Below, piece after piece: positions 10,317 to 22,252 of a stretch of DNA of 64,000 bases. Position numbers and translations under genes: made by a program. Each line of letters begins with the position of its first letter. Position 1 is the stretch's first letter. This stretch comes from Takakia lepidozioides (Eukaryota; Plantae; Bryophyta), in NCBI GenBank assembly GCA_030704615.1, contig CM060732.1, forward strand, positions 5,456,001 through 5,520,000, read 5' to 3'. Below the pieces are notes generated by a model. The model was given only the letters and a program-made list of their open reading frames with translations. It searched no databases and had not been told where the DNA came from.

Positions 10317-13300
10317 CTAGACTGTCCTGCTCTCCGCCTCCACCCCCTCAGTGCCTTTCTCATCTCCAGCGGACTGCTCGTTGGCCAGGCTTTCGAAAAT
10401 CCCATCTTCCCCTTGCGGAACTGTCCATCTCACCTCCGTTGGGTCGTCTTCCTCCCTGTCTGCGTCGCTCTCATCCGCTGAATCACATATGTACTTTCGT
10501 ACCCGTCTACCTGTCTGAGCTGCTGCCAACTCTTTCCTTATCCTTCTGTCCTCCCTAGCCCTCTCCAAAATCTGCTCTACTTTACTGGGATTCTCACTTC
10601 TTCTAATCGCTGTATTTGCGAGTTTAGCTGCATAACTAGGAAGGGAGTAGTCCCTCACCGGGCTCGTCATGAAGTCGGCCCGCAAAGAACGGGACATTCT
10701 TCCTGGCAGGAAGTGTAGGCCCTACATGTTTCGACCCGGACCCTGCAATCCTGCACATGACAATCATCAACGAGACTAATGAGAACCACAGTCGGGAAAT
10801 TCGTTTGACAAAAATGACCCAGAAGGCTTTGCAAACTTACAATGTTTGCACTCACTCGTATTCCGGGTTCTCCTCCGCATCAATGTCCACTGTGTCTTCC
10901 TCGGACTCCGACGAATCCGAGGAGACTTCCGCTCTGTCGGGAGCCTTAACATTCCGTTGCAGCCCTTCCAGATGGGATCCCCACACGGATGAATCCTCCT
11001 CGTAGGCAAAGAGGTGCCGGTCGGAAAACCGCCCAGCCCACATTGAGGCACCTGTTACAATGCCATCCACACATTACCACATGGCGCTTCAGATGTTGCG
11101 AACTACATCCTAACGAGAATTTGCAGAACAGCATAGATCAAGATTCTGCATACCTGTCCCACAGATGAGGTCGAGCACTGTGCCCTCCACGTCTGTGCAT
11201 GTCTCCATAATTGTCTGAATGAAGGCAGGGCTCCGAGTCCGTGAGTACCGCAGGGGTTCCGTTGAAGTGAGGCTATGAGGGAGAAGTTCCTTGGGAACGT
11301 TGTTGAACAGAACGTCGTAATCGAGGGGGTCGCAGTTCGGGTCAACCTTTCCTCCCTCCTTCCGGAAAGCAAAGGTGGAGTTCTCCTTCACAAAGCAGTA
11401 TGCATCGAACTGCTTCGTCTGCATACACAGGGGGGAATTAGAAACCGAATGCGGCACCGCATTTGAAAACACCCAAGCAAATGAATGGACGAGTGCCAGT
11501 GTCGTAATCACCTTCTTCCCTTCCGACCGAAGGCCCAGTGTGTTGATGCACGTCCACTTCTTTTTCAGAATCGGGACGGCGCTCTTGCGGGTCCACTTCG
11601 CAATTCCTGTCTGAGTGTTTTTTCCTCTGCTCGCCAGGACAACCACACAGCCTCTGTCGTCCAACACCATGCGGGCAAGCCCGAATCCTTTCTTCCAAAA
11701 GTCCTCCGAGTACCTGTTCCAAGATGGCAAAGCTTGCAGTCCTTCCACAGGCTCTCCGTCCGGAATATCCAAGATGATCATATCGCAAGACCACTCGGTG
11801 GCATTTCCGCCCCTCCTACAATCCTTGTCTGCACACACCCTCTCAAAGAACGAGACCATATTCTGAAATCCTGGGGTGTCGGAAGGCTCTTCGGCAGTCG
11901 CCTTCTTCAGTGCTCTGCCCTTCAGACCCTCCATGGTCTTCATGTATGCCAACTTGGCTGCCCGTCCATCCAAAGCCGCCAAGAAACTCTCATTTACACA
12001 CTGGACTACTGTTTCGGGAGCCACTTTCGGCCTCTTCATTTCCACCGGCTCGAAAGGGTGCCCCCCTGGGGGGTTGAAGAGTGCCTTCTTTGCCGAGCCA
12101 GTTCTCGTGCCTCTCGTGACAACGGTGGGCACAGGGGAGGCAGCCTGCGTTTGGGGGGGTGGGCTGGTTGCAAAGTCTCCATCGGAGTCCTCTTCCTCAC
12201 CCTCTTCCTGAACAGGCTGTTTCTGCTTCTTCGTTTTGGCGGGTGTCACAACAGCTGCTCCTTGCTGGCGAGTCCTCTCTCTTCGACCCCTTCTGTTGGC
12301 CTGCACAGCTGCATCCACCGTCTTTTGTGCCATCTCAGCTGCCTTTCTGGATTCTTCCAGAGCAGCAGATTCCTTTGCCGACTTTGGCCCAGCAGGGACA
12401 CGTCTTTCCTTCTCTTCTCTTCTGCTGCAAGGCGTGCAGATCTTTCTCAGACTCGTCAACAATACCGCCAGACATGTCCAGGTACCACGGGCATCCAACG
12501 AGATGCGCGGGATGCCATTGTTTCTGCATCTCGGGTGTGTAGACACAGCTTGGGCCCGCCACGGTCCAAGCCATGAAGAACGGGGGCTCTTGAGCCAGGG
12601 CCCCTGTCTGAAGGAGCACGTATTTCATATACCTGCAAGGCAGTCAGCATGCGTGAGCAAAGTTGAGACCAACCTACTCGCAGAGTGCCACCGAAAACAT
12701 AAAATGCGAATGCGGTGCCGCATTTCCGAGACAAACCTCGTAACCAGGCTTCGCATACAAGGGCAGCTGTGCTTCACCTGTAAACAATTCGCATTGCAGC
12801 TTTCCCCGCTCCCTCCTGATGTGTAAACTCCGCTCCTTCTTGCTGTCTGTAGCTCTCTGGCGAAAAGGTTGTCCTTGTACGCACATCTGAAACGTGTCAC
12901 GTAGTCTTCCAATGTCTGTGTTCCATCCCATTTGACGTACAAGCCGAACGAATTTGTGTGCATTACGACTTGCTCCTTCGCATTCGACATTACCTGCGAT
13001 TCCCAAATGCATTGTCACGTAGCAGTTCAGGGAATTCATTTCAGAAAAGCAAATCTGGGGAAGTACCTTGAATTACCTGGAACCACCAAGTCATACGGTT
13101 GAGCCACACATCCACTGCAGGGTCGGAAACTTCGAGTGGAAAAGACCACATTGTCCTTATGCTCTCGGATGCATTCCAGATCGACAGCCACCGTGTCTGC
13201 CATTTCCGATCCAATGTCAGGAGCTGGAAGAGAGTGGCTATTGCTAGGAAGGAACTTCAGTGCATTGAAACCTCACCTTCTCTTTCGCCTCAACATGCCG

Positions 13301-15385
13301 TTGAGAGGTGATGCAGTTTCTCCAATTGCATGGTCGGCTGCATGGCCCGAGAATAGTGTTTTGCAATCTCGGGGATGAAGTCCTTTCCAAGTGCCGGATC
13401 TGCAATTGCCACCAGCTTCACAAGCTTTGACTTGTATTTGGTTCTGGACTTGACACCGGCTTCCTTCAAGTGCTCAGTCAATGACTGCAACGTTTTCACC
13501 TGCCCCTCACTTTCCATGAAGAAGCGTTTGGCATGGGCCAAATCCAGCTTGATGTTTGACTGCCAACAAAAACATGCAGAAGCGTTACATTCGATTCATG
13601 TGGAAAGATTACTGAAATTGGGAAGGATGAGCAGAGGGAATTGGAGGACGACTTACTTCGTATATCACCTCCACCATTCCATCCATAGTGAGACGATACC
13701 ATGTCCGGTCTGTTTTTGCAACGGCTTTCTGAATGAGCTCGGGCTCCAGCATTTCCGCAAACATCTGCGGATCAGTGATTTCCTCACCCTGTACAGCATA
13801 TGTGCCATGTGGGTATGCACGTACGCATTCTCAGTGACCCTGCAAGGCACACTCTCCAGTTCAGTACACGGAAGCACGGAAACAACAGAATGGAACCGAA
13901 ATGCGGCACCGCATTTCGAACGTGCTAGGGAGGGTATGAGTATCTTACGAGTTGAGGTCCGCCATGGCATTCTTGAGCAGGGAGGAGTCTGCCGCCTTCA
14001 CCTTCAGGATGACACACTCCACCATGTAATGCCAGCCAATGTGCTTGGCATGGTTCTGCTTGATGTACTCCCACCAGGCGAGAAGTCGGTGATTCCCGTC
14101 CCACACAAAGAACATTTTACCCGACATATGGCCGAAGTCTGGATCACCCTTCAGCGTCGCCTCGAATTCGTCGTTGCGAGTGTGCCAGTGGGTATCCCAC
14201 ATTGACAATTCATCGGCAGTGGGTCCACGAGTTTCGCCGTCCTCATTCTCAATGGAAACGTAAAACGCTGCCGATCCCAGACGGTACCTTCTCGAAATGC
14301 GAACTTGAGCTTATCCACATCTCCGGGAAGGGCCTGCCTGACGATGGGAAGGGAGACCATGCGACAGAGTGGGATTCGAAGAGTCCGCTGGAATACCCTG
14401 CTGCCCAGAACTCTGCCAATGCTACTGTGTGTCTCCTCCAACATTTTATCCGCTGCACTTTTGAAATCCTCCGGAGACATGTCTGTAGGTGCCGGTAGTG
14501 GCTGAGCAGCTGGAGCATCCTCAACTGGAGCTGCACTCTGGGGCCTGTGCGGGCAATTCTGCCATTGCAGAGGCCTCCTCCGGCCTGCTTGCTCATCGGT
14601 GGTGAGGTCTTGCTGCGAACGTTCAGCGGCAGCACCCTCCTCCGGTACCAAATCGACAAAAACGGTCGATCCCATTGCCTTCGCTGCAGCAGAGACGGCC
14701 CCAACATCTGCAGGCGGGAAATCCTCCAGGAACTGAGCTTCAGCTCGTGGAAGCGGTTTTGCGGGAGATTGTTCGGCCGTCGCCCTGATTGCCTTCTGCT
14801 TCCTCATCCTTGCAGGTGAGGTGTCTGCTGCAATTGAATCTGTCTTTACCCCTGCTGCTTCATTCGCGTTGGGGGGGTGAATCGGCCTGAGCCGGTTCAG
14901 AAGCCAGTAGAGGGACGGGCTGCTTCTTTCTTCGACTTTGCTGGAGAAGGCCCGACCCCTGCTGGCGATTCTCCATGACCGAAGAACGCGAGTCGATCTC
15001 TGGGGCTTTGAACTTGCCCTTCGAAGCCGCGTCTTTGAATCGCACAGGGCTAGGCCCGGCAGGAATACCCGCGCTCGGGGATCGGGTGGGTGTACGTGCT
15101 GCAGCTAGCTCCTCGGACTCTTCCTTCCTGCGGCTCTTCGGATTCCTGCGATCCCTCCAGCACGTCCACCTTTCCTGTTAGGCATGCAAACATGTTCTGC
15201 ATTCAAGTCTCCTAGCATTCAGTCTAAGAATTACAGAAGCAAAATGGGGGGTTCGGTGCTCGATCAGCTGCGCGCAGCCCGATCGCATGGAGCTCTCACT
15301 GGTGGCTGGGTTGCCTGAGTGGCCTGCTGCTCGGAGATGGCAATCTCCTCCTGTAGACGCATCTGCTTCCTCCCCTTCGGCATTG
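10317..15385 (-). CDS. Multi-exon ParB/Sulfiredoxin-like domain plus beta-class N4/N6 amino-methyltransferase-like fusion (a few 1-nt frameshifts in this copy)
   Basis: FFVWDGNHRLLAW (DGNHR 14086-14100); motif IV-like CDMIILDIPDG (DIPD 11758-11769); RSPAFIQTIMETCTDVEGTVLDLICGT|GASMWAGRFSDRHLFAYEED (motifs X, I, II) joined in frame by GT-AG intron 11153-11052; other GT-AG introns after DLNS, LVTR and EGKK; probable start MPKGRKQMRLQ; stop 10317. Confidence 0.8.
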
Positions 15386-15814
15386 GCCTACGTCCGAAGT
15401 ATAATTTTCGGAGCTTGCGACGAGGTCTCCTGTCTGGTGCACGAACTCCCCCCCTCTCAGGTTCGAGCATAAGAAGAACAGAGAGAGGGAAAAGGGGCAA
15501 AGAGTGCAGATGGAAAGGGCGCGAGAGGGGTGACTGAGGAGACACGACAAAAGTAGATGAAACGGCGGTGATGCACCACTTGGGTTCGAAAGGGTTGGAC
15601 GAAAGTGTCTCCTCGTGGACTTTGCGTCATTACGAAATTCGAATCGTTCAGGGTACGCCTGCCGTCCGAAAAACAAACATCATTATCCAACGGTCAGGCC
15701 GCGCCGCCTCATGCCACTTCAGTCAGATAGAGTGCCGACATGTGCAGCAATTCCGTTGCTCCACGTGTTCACATTTCAAGGCATTTCCGTCCCAGCGTCT
15801 GATGAGTTGGAGTG

Positions 15815-17400
15815 AAAATGCGAATGCGGCGCCGCATTTCCGTTAAGTACCATCACGAAGCTACACATCCGTACTTGTTGGAAGAAAATGCGGCACCGCA
15901 TTTCCGTTCCACCTTCACATACCTTAGTTGTTGAACGGAAATACGGTGCCGCATTTCCGTCCCACAGCTCCATGTATGAGATACAAAAGGGAAATGCGGC
16001 GCCGCATTTCCGTTCTGGAATGTCGAAAGGTGCGATTCGGACGGAAATGAGGCACAACATTTCAGTTCCCGTGGTTCATGATTTTCAATGTGAACGGAAA
16101 TGCGGTACCGCATTTCCGTTCCCCCTTCACATACCTTAGTTGATGAACGGAAATGCCGTGCCACATTTCCGTTCGGGAAAGTATAGAGGTCTCACCTGAA
16201 CAGAAATGCGGTGCCGCATTTCCGGTCTGGAAAGTTTGAAGGTCTCACATGGATGGAAATGCGGCACCACATTTCCGTCCCACAGCTCCAGGCCTCATAT
16301 ACAAAACGGAAATGCGGCGCCGCATTTCCGTTCTAGAATGTCGGAAGGTGCGACTCGGACGGAAATGCGGTGCCGCATTTCTGTTCCCGTTGCGCACGAT
16401 TTTCAGTCAGAACGGAAATGCGGTACCGCATTTCCGTTCTGTAGAGTATTAACGTCTGACGCTGGCGGAAATGTTGTGCCGCATTTTCGTTCCACAGCTC
16501 CATGCCTCACATACAAAACGGAAATGCGGCGCCGCATTTCCGTTTTGGAATGTCGGAAGGTGCGACTCCGACGGAAATGCGGTACCGCATTTCAGTTCCG
16601 ATGTTTCAGGATTTTCATCAGAACGGAAATGCGGTGCCGCATTTCCGTTCTGGAATGTTGGGAGGTGCGACTCGGATGGAAATGCGCTGCCGCATTTCAG
16701 TTCCGATGGTTCACGATTTTCAGTCAGAACGGAAATGCGGTACCGCATTTCCGTTCTGGATAGTATGAATGTCTCAAGCGGTCGGAATTGCGCTGTCTCA
16801 AGCGGTCGGAATCGCACTCGGCTCCATGCATCAGATACAAAATGGAAATGCGGCGCCGCATTTCCGTTCTGGAATGTCGAAAGTGCGACTCCGACAGAAA
16901 TGCGGTGCCGCATTTCTGTTCCCGTTGTTCATAATTCTCAATCAGAACGGAAATGCGGTACCGCATTTCCGTTCCACCTTCACATACCGTGCTTTTGGAT
17001 GGAAATGCGTTACCGCATTTCCGTTCTGGAGAGTATGAATGTCTTTTAAGGACGGAAATGTGCTGCAGCATTTCTATCCCTCAGCTCCATGCATCAGATA
17101 CAAAATGGAAATGCGGCGCCGCATTTCCGTTCTGGAATGTCGGAAAAGTGCGACTCGGACGGAAATGCGGTGCCGCATTTCTGTTCCCGTTGTTCATAAT
17201 TCTCAATCAGAACGGAAATGCGGTACCGCATTTCCGTTCCACCTTCACATACCGTGCTTGCTGGATGGAAATGCGTTACCGCATTTCCGTTCTGGAGAGT
17301 ATAAAGGTTTCCCCCGGACGGAAACTCGGTGCCGCATTTCCGTCGCTCTGGTGCATGACCAAGATGCAATACGGAAATGCGGCGCCGTATTTCCGTCCAC
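15815..17400. repeat. Tandem array of about 30 palindromic units, about 53-bp period, with higher-order spacer order
   Basis: Core (AAC)GGAAATGCGGYRCCGCATTTCC(GTT) at about 15885, 15938, 15991, 16043, 16097 ... 17373; about five spacer types recur. Confidence 0.95.
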
Positions 17401-17811
17401 CAGCAATCGAAAGAATCACTCGGGACGGGAAATCTGGAACCTGAATGGGTTGCATTGTTCCGAAACAACACAATTGCGGCCAGTCTTGATGAGCACAACT
17501 TGGTTGTCTGACCGTTTTAACTAACAGTACTGGCACTTGTCAGTGCGAACGTTCCTGTCTGCACCGAGAATACTGCTGGATCCACCCTCAGGAGAAACTG
17601 TCAGGAGATGTTATTTCGTCGCCGAATCGGCCATCATTGTCATACTTACTGGCTATGGAATCAAACCTCCCACCTTCATGCATGTAGCTTGAAACAATAC
17701 TTTCCACTTCAATGTGCGACTTCCAATCGTCGATGGACTCCGCATGGTGCCTGTGAGCCTTGGTCTGTCGCTATACTGAACCTCGCACTTGCCAACTTCG
17801 TGCGGTGTTCG

Positions 17812-20800
17812 ATGGCTCCGAATTCCTACGCTATAGTTTGCTGTCCTCCGCAACTTGGGAGAGCCTGGATCCCAAACGAGGGAGGACTTTGCAGAGTGAC
17901 TGAAACTTACCTTTGTTCCAAATTCAAGCTCAAACCGGGCACAGTTTATTTGGAAGAAGAAAGGAAGGATGTTCCTGGACAGGTTGACGAGACCATTGTC
18001 GTGCTAGGTAACGACGGAGGTTGCGGAATCGAATGGCACGTACCCCCATCAGACACCATCCTGTACCGAGCTGTGGGAATGCCCATTCCCTTTCCGAATC
18101 AGTCGCTGCCCACACCATCCACAAAGGAGTCCGGAAACCGACAGGCGGCCACTGCCAACAGAGAGGTATGCAACGATAATCATTCCCGACCTGGACCGTC
18201 AAGACCCTCCATAGCTTCTCGTGTGGACGTATTCGACATTTCCGACGAGGAAGATGATTGCATTGAGGTACCCATGTCCTCCACACGGTCGTTCAAATCC
18301 GGCATGGACGTCTCTGTAGGTGCTACGCATGTGCCCTCGAGCATAACTCCAACCCGGTCCATTGTGCAGCTCCTACGACAACATCACCTCGATGGTTCTC
18401 GCTCCGAGCTGGCTGCTCTCGACTATGCCAAATTCCCAGTCAGAAAGGTAACGTTTCTGCCTCCCGAAGTCGATGGCAATGTCATCTTCGAGTTTCCACC
18501 TGTTTCTTCGTCAAACAAAGCCTCCGGGATGTTAACAGACATGGATCGAAAGCATGACGGACACCCCTGGTGTGTGACGAAGACCAGTAGCACGAAAATT
18601 GCTGATGGTGTTCGTGTACGATATGTCCTCTGTGCGGGGAAGCTGAGGTGCCTCAATCCCACCTGCTTCCACTTTCTCTCCAAAGGAGGGCGGAGAAACG
18701 AGACGGATTGGACTGGCACAACGCATCATCCATTCATTGTCTCCAGCCAAGCTCCTGCGGGTTCTTTCAAGTGTGCACATTGCAAAGAACCACCGACGTG
18801 CATGTCCATGTGCAGAGCCAAGCAATATTACGTTATCCATTTGCTCCCGGACTTGACTAGAGCTTGCATACACGTTGGGGTCCACTGCCACCCCTTGGCG
18901 AGAGGCAACATGCGTGAGGCTGTGCAGGAAGCACACGACATCATAAAAGAGGAGGTGAAATTGAGCCCCGGAGCCAGACCAAAGCAGATTCAGCTGAAGG
19001 CAGCCCACAAGATTGCTCTTGGCAAAATCATGTCTGAAGATGGTTCCGACCGAGAGCCCTTGACCGAAGACGAGATGCGTGACCTCTTGGAGTCCGTCTC
19101 GCACGTTTGTAGTCCGAATGTGCGGAATCACATCGTATCTTGCAAGCAGGAGTTCGGCAGGGGGTCGGACATGTACTCAATCCTGGAGGTGAAACGAATG
19201 ACTGGATATGACTACATCCAAGGTAGCAGGTTTCCAGGGCAAGGCAGCGAATCCGATCGTTGTTACATTTTCAAAATGTCGACGTGTGGGCCTGGGAGTG
19301 GAGTCGACTTGGTCACTCGCATGACAACTGGAAACTTGTCGAATGCTTGGGTGATGTTTGATCACATCAAGCGAATTACAAACCATCAGTGGGTGACTAT
19401 GGGTGCGCATGTTTATGACTATCACTCCAAGAGGCTCATGACGATTGCAATCTGCGAGATGAAAGGGGAGGACACACAGTCCGAGATGCATCTGTGGGAG
19501 GGCATAAACAGCAGATGGCAAGGGCGGGATTGCCAGAGCCCAATTTCAGGGGATTCATGGCAGACAACGCTCAGGCCAACTGGGCAGCGGTGCGGCGTGT
19601 GTACGGTGAGGACCCCAATGTTCCAATGGAGGGGAAAGAGAGATCCTGTGGATTCCATTGGATGCAGAGTCTATCCCACTACACTACCAAATTTGTTGCT
19701 AGCTCATTCCAGGCTGAACACCGTGTCCTTTGTACGGCGTGGAAGGATGCACCCACATTTGATGACGCGGAGGTTAAGTTTGCTATCATCGAGGCTTGGT
19801 GGAACACGTCAGGTGCAGTGGAGACAACCAATCTGGGAGCATTGCACAGCTGGTTGGGGTGGTGGCATTTTCGGTATCGACAGTTCGGACAGTACATGCG
19901 GGAGGTAGGCTGCTGTCAATTTCGTTCATTTGTCTTTCTGTTACGGACATTTCGATTGGTCCCTCACCATTGTTTGTGTCCTTCTAGGAGCGGTGCTTGG
20001 ATTCCGACACGGACATGCCGAACACGAATATGGCAGAATCGGTCCACTCCTCCTGGCGAGCGTCTTCTGCCGCACATCTGGTGGACGTAGTGACGGCCAC
20101 AACGGAGGACATCGACAGAGCAATCATGCAGCAAGCCACGTACTACAAGTTCCTGAGCGGCAAACAATGGGGCTTTGGGCCGGACAGGGAGGAATTGTTG
20201 GTACGAACAGCTTCGAGGTCCAAGAATCCAGTGAAATGGGCGACAGCATTGCGAGAGAAGATCAAAGGGACGCCTCTGCACCGCAGAGGTGAACACCTAG
20301 AGGGGGACGTCCGGACTCGCCCTGTCAGGCGGAGGATTGAAGAGGAACCCGGGTGCGAAGAGGATTCCTGGAGATCCGACAGGAACATTCGGACAGCACC
20401 TCGAGGTCCCGTCATGTTGCCGCACAATGTGTCTTCCAGCAGTGGAAGCCCAAGAAATTCCAGATCGCCGTCGCCTTCAACCGGGGATTTCGTGCAAAAA
20501 ATTCCCACCGCTCCCTTGCCCCACATTCCGCCCGCTGTTATGCAGTATGGCCAAGCCATTGTGGAGACGACTGTGTCTGCATCACAGTGGAGAATTGCTC
20601 GCACAAAGCCGTCGTTTCGAGGAAGGTGTTCCGCAATTCGTGTGGATACACGGCAACGTTGTTTAGAGATGATAAGGAGGAATCCAGATGGGGCTGTCCC
20701 TGCTCCTACTTTTACAGGAAGATTTGTCCATGCAAAGTTTGCGGAGGCGACAACCACCCAGTTCTGGTTCTGCAGGCACGACATTATGACTTGCGTGTAT

Positions 20801-21418
20801 GGAAAGCCCAAGTACGGCATACAAACAATGCCAGAGGCTCCCCCGGTGTGGCCGGTGGAACCAGGCTGCGATCTGAGTCAGGTTGAGGCCGACGCCCTTA
20901 CCGCCGCAGGATTTCGGATGTTGCAGCGCACTGACGTCCCCAGAGAACCATTTCCGCTTCCACAGCCTCCACCACCGACCCCTGTGAGAGCAAGAACAAT
21001 GGGACACGACAGCTCTAAGCATCCTACACACCGTTGGGGGAAACCGAAGAGGCGGCGACCTCCCTCAAAAGTGAACGAGACAAGGATGGGGAATGCACTT
21101 CGGATGAACTGTACAATCCAGAGCTCGACAGAAGTGCCCCCACCAGGATTCGGGCGTGTGTATCAGATGGCCACGGCGGGCTCAGCTGTTCGCAATGAGG
21201 TGTACACCATCACCATTTCAGAATTACCCACCTGCAATTGCACCGACTTCCAGATCATGGCGAACAAGGGGGCATCATACTGCCCTTGCAAGCATTTGTA
21301 CTACGTGTACCTAAAGAGACTCCGTTGTAATTCCACAACTCATCACTTCATACATGCACCAGGGTTGAGCCCCCAGGAGGTTCACACTCTTCTGAATATG
21401 GATCCAGGGGACCAGTGA
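17812..21418 (+). CDS. Mutator-like (MULE) DDE transposase with N-terminal GCM/WRKY-like Zn domain and C-terminal SWIM finger; one 1-nt frameshift near 19508, intron 19905-19987
   Basis: CAGKLRCLNPTC..CAHC..C..CRAKQYY..RACIHVGVHCHP; WVMFDHIKR (D1), GFMADNAQA (D2), SCGFHWMQS (CxxH), TNMAESVHSSW (E); SWIM CNCTDF..CPCKHLYYV; phase-0 GT..AG intron restores the frame. Confidence 0.85.
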
Positions 21419-22252
21419 GCTTGGCTTGCGGTCCCAATACAATGGTACGCCCATCCTTTTCGGATAGTAGAACTGTACTGCTGCCAGTACCTCAGACTCT
21501 GGCCACAGAAAGGTCCGACATATGTCTTGCCTACCAGTAACCTGTTTTGCTCGAACTAAGATATTACTATATCGTTCACTTGTTTCCACGTGCATGTATT
21601 TTTGTATGTTGGAGGGTTCATGTTTTTTTGCTTTCCGAAAACTTGCTTTCCTCATTCGACCTCCGACAAGGAAATGCGGCGCCGCATTTCCAAGTATCGT
21701 CGTAGGTACTGGTAGAGGCGGCCTTCGCCAACACCAAACCGCTCCGAAATTTCGCACGTGCGAACCCTAATGCGGCACCTTATTTCCCAGTTCAGTTGCA
21801 AACCTTTCCCGCCGAATACCCGAAGAAGACAGAATTGTGAAGTACTGCAGACTGTATTGGTGCAGACTCCATTGGTTCAATCGCGGCAAAAGGGTCAGCT
21901 TCATTCCAATGTTAAGGCATGTAAAACCGCGGAATACTCTATACAGGCCAGTATGCGACGTCCTTTTGCAGTGGTATACTGGATTTCCCGTTGCACGGTC
22001 ACTTATTTCCATGAGCGGATCTAAAAAACCATGAGCGGACTTGTTACTGACGACATATCTTCGCCGCATTACATGATCTGGAACGTCCAAAAACGGCAAG
22101 GTCAAATAAAAAACTATTATTTTAATACTTGTTTAATCTGCCGCATTTCCAAATTTGGAAGAGTCCGCTCATGAAATCCGCGTATCTTAGACTTCGGCTC
22201 ACCGCTCATGCGGCTCATGGCTCATGGCTCATGGTTTCTGCTCATGAAATAG

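Larger units (their letters stand above)
7053..22252. mobile_element. 15.2-kb Mutator-like DNA transposon carrying ParB-methyltransferase cargo
   Basis: 13-bp terminal inverted repeat CTATTTCATGAGC (7053-7065) / GCTCATGAAATAG (22240-22252), with subterminal CATGAGC repeats at both ends; internal DDE/SWIM transposase; one palindrome family throughout. Confidence 0.85.

Noticed and set aside
11485-14205. Long plus-strand ORFs (11485..12576, 13375..14205)
   Set aside because: Antisense shadows of the minus-strand ParB-methyltransferase exons, with no recognisable motifs
15815-17400. CRISPR array (palindromic repeat plus similar-length spacers)
   Set aside because: Spacers recur in a higher-order pattern, repeats are degenerate, there are no cas genes, and the context is eukaryotic with spliceosomal introns
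9347-17536. Many ORFs with repeated MRRRIS / KCGAAFP / GNAAPHF peptides
   Set aside because: These are translations of the palindrome in all six frames, not proteins
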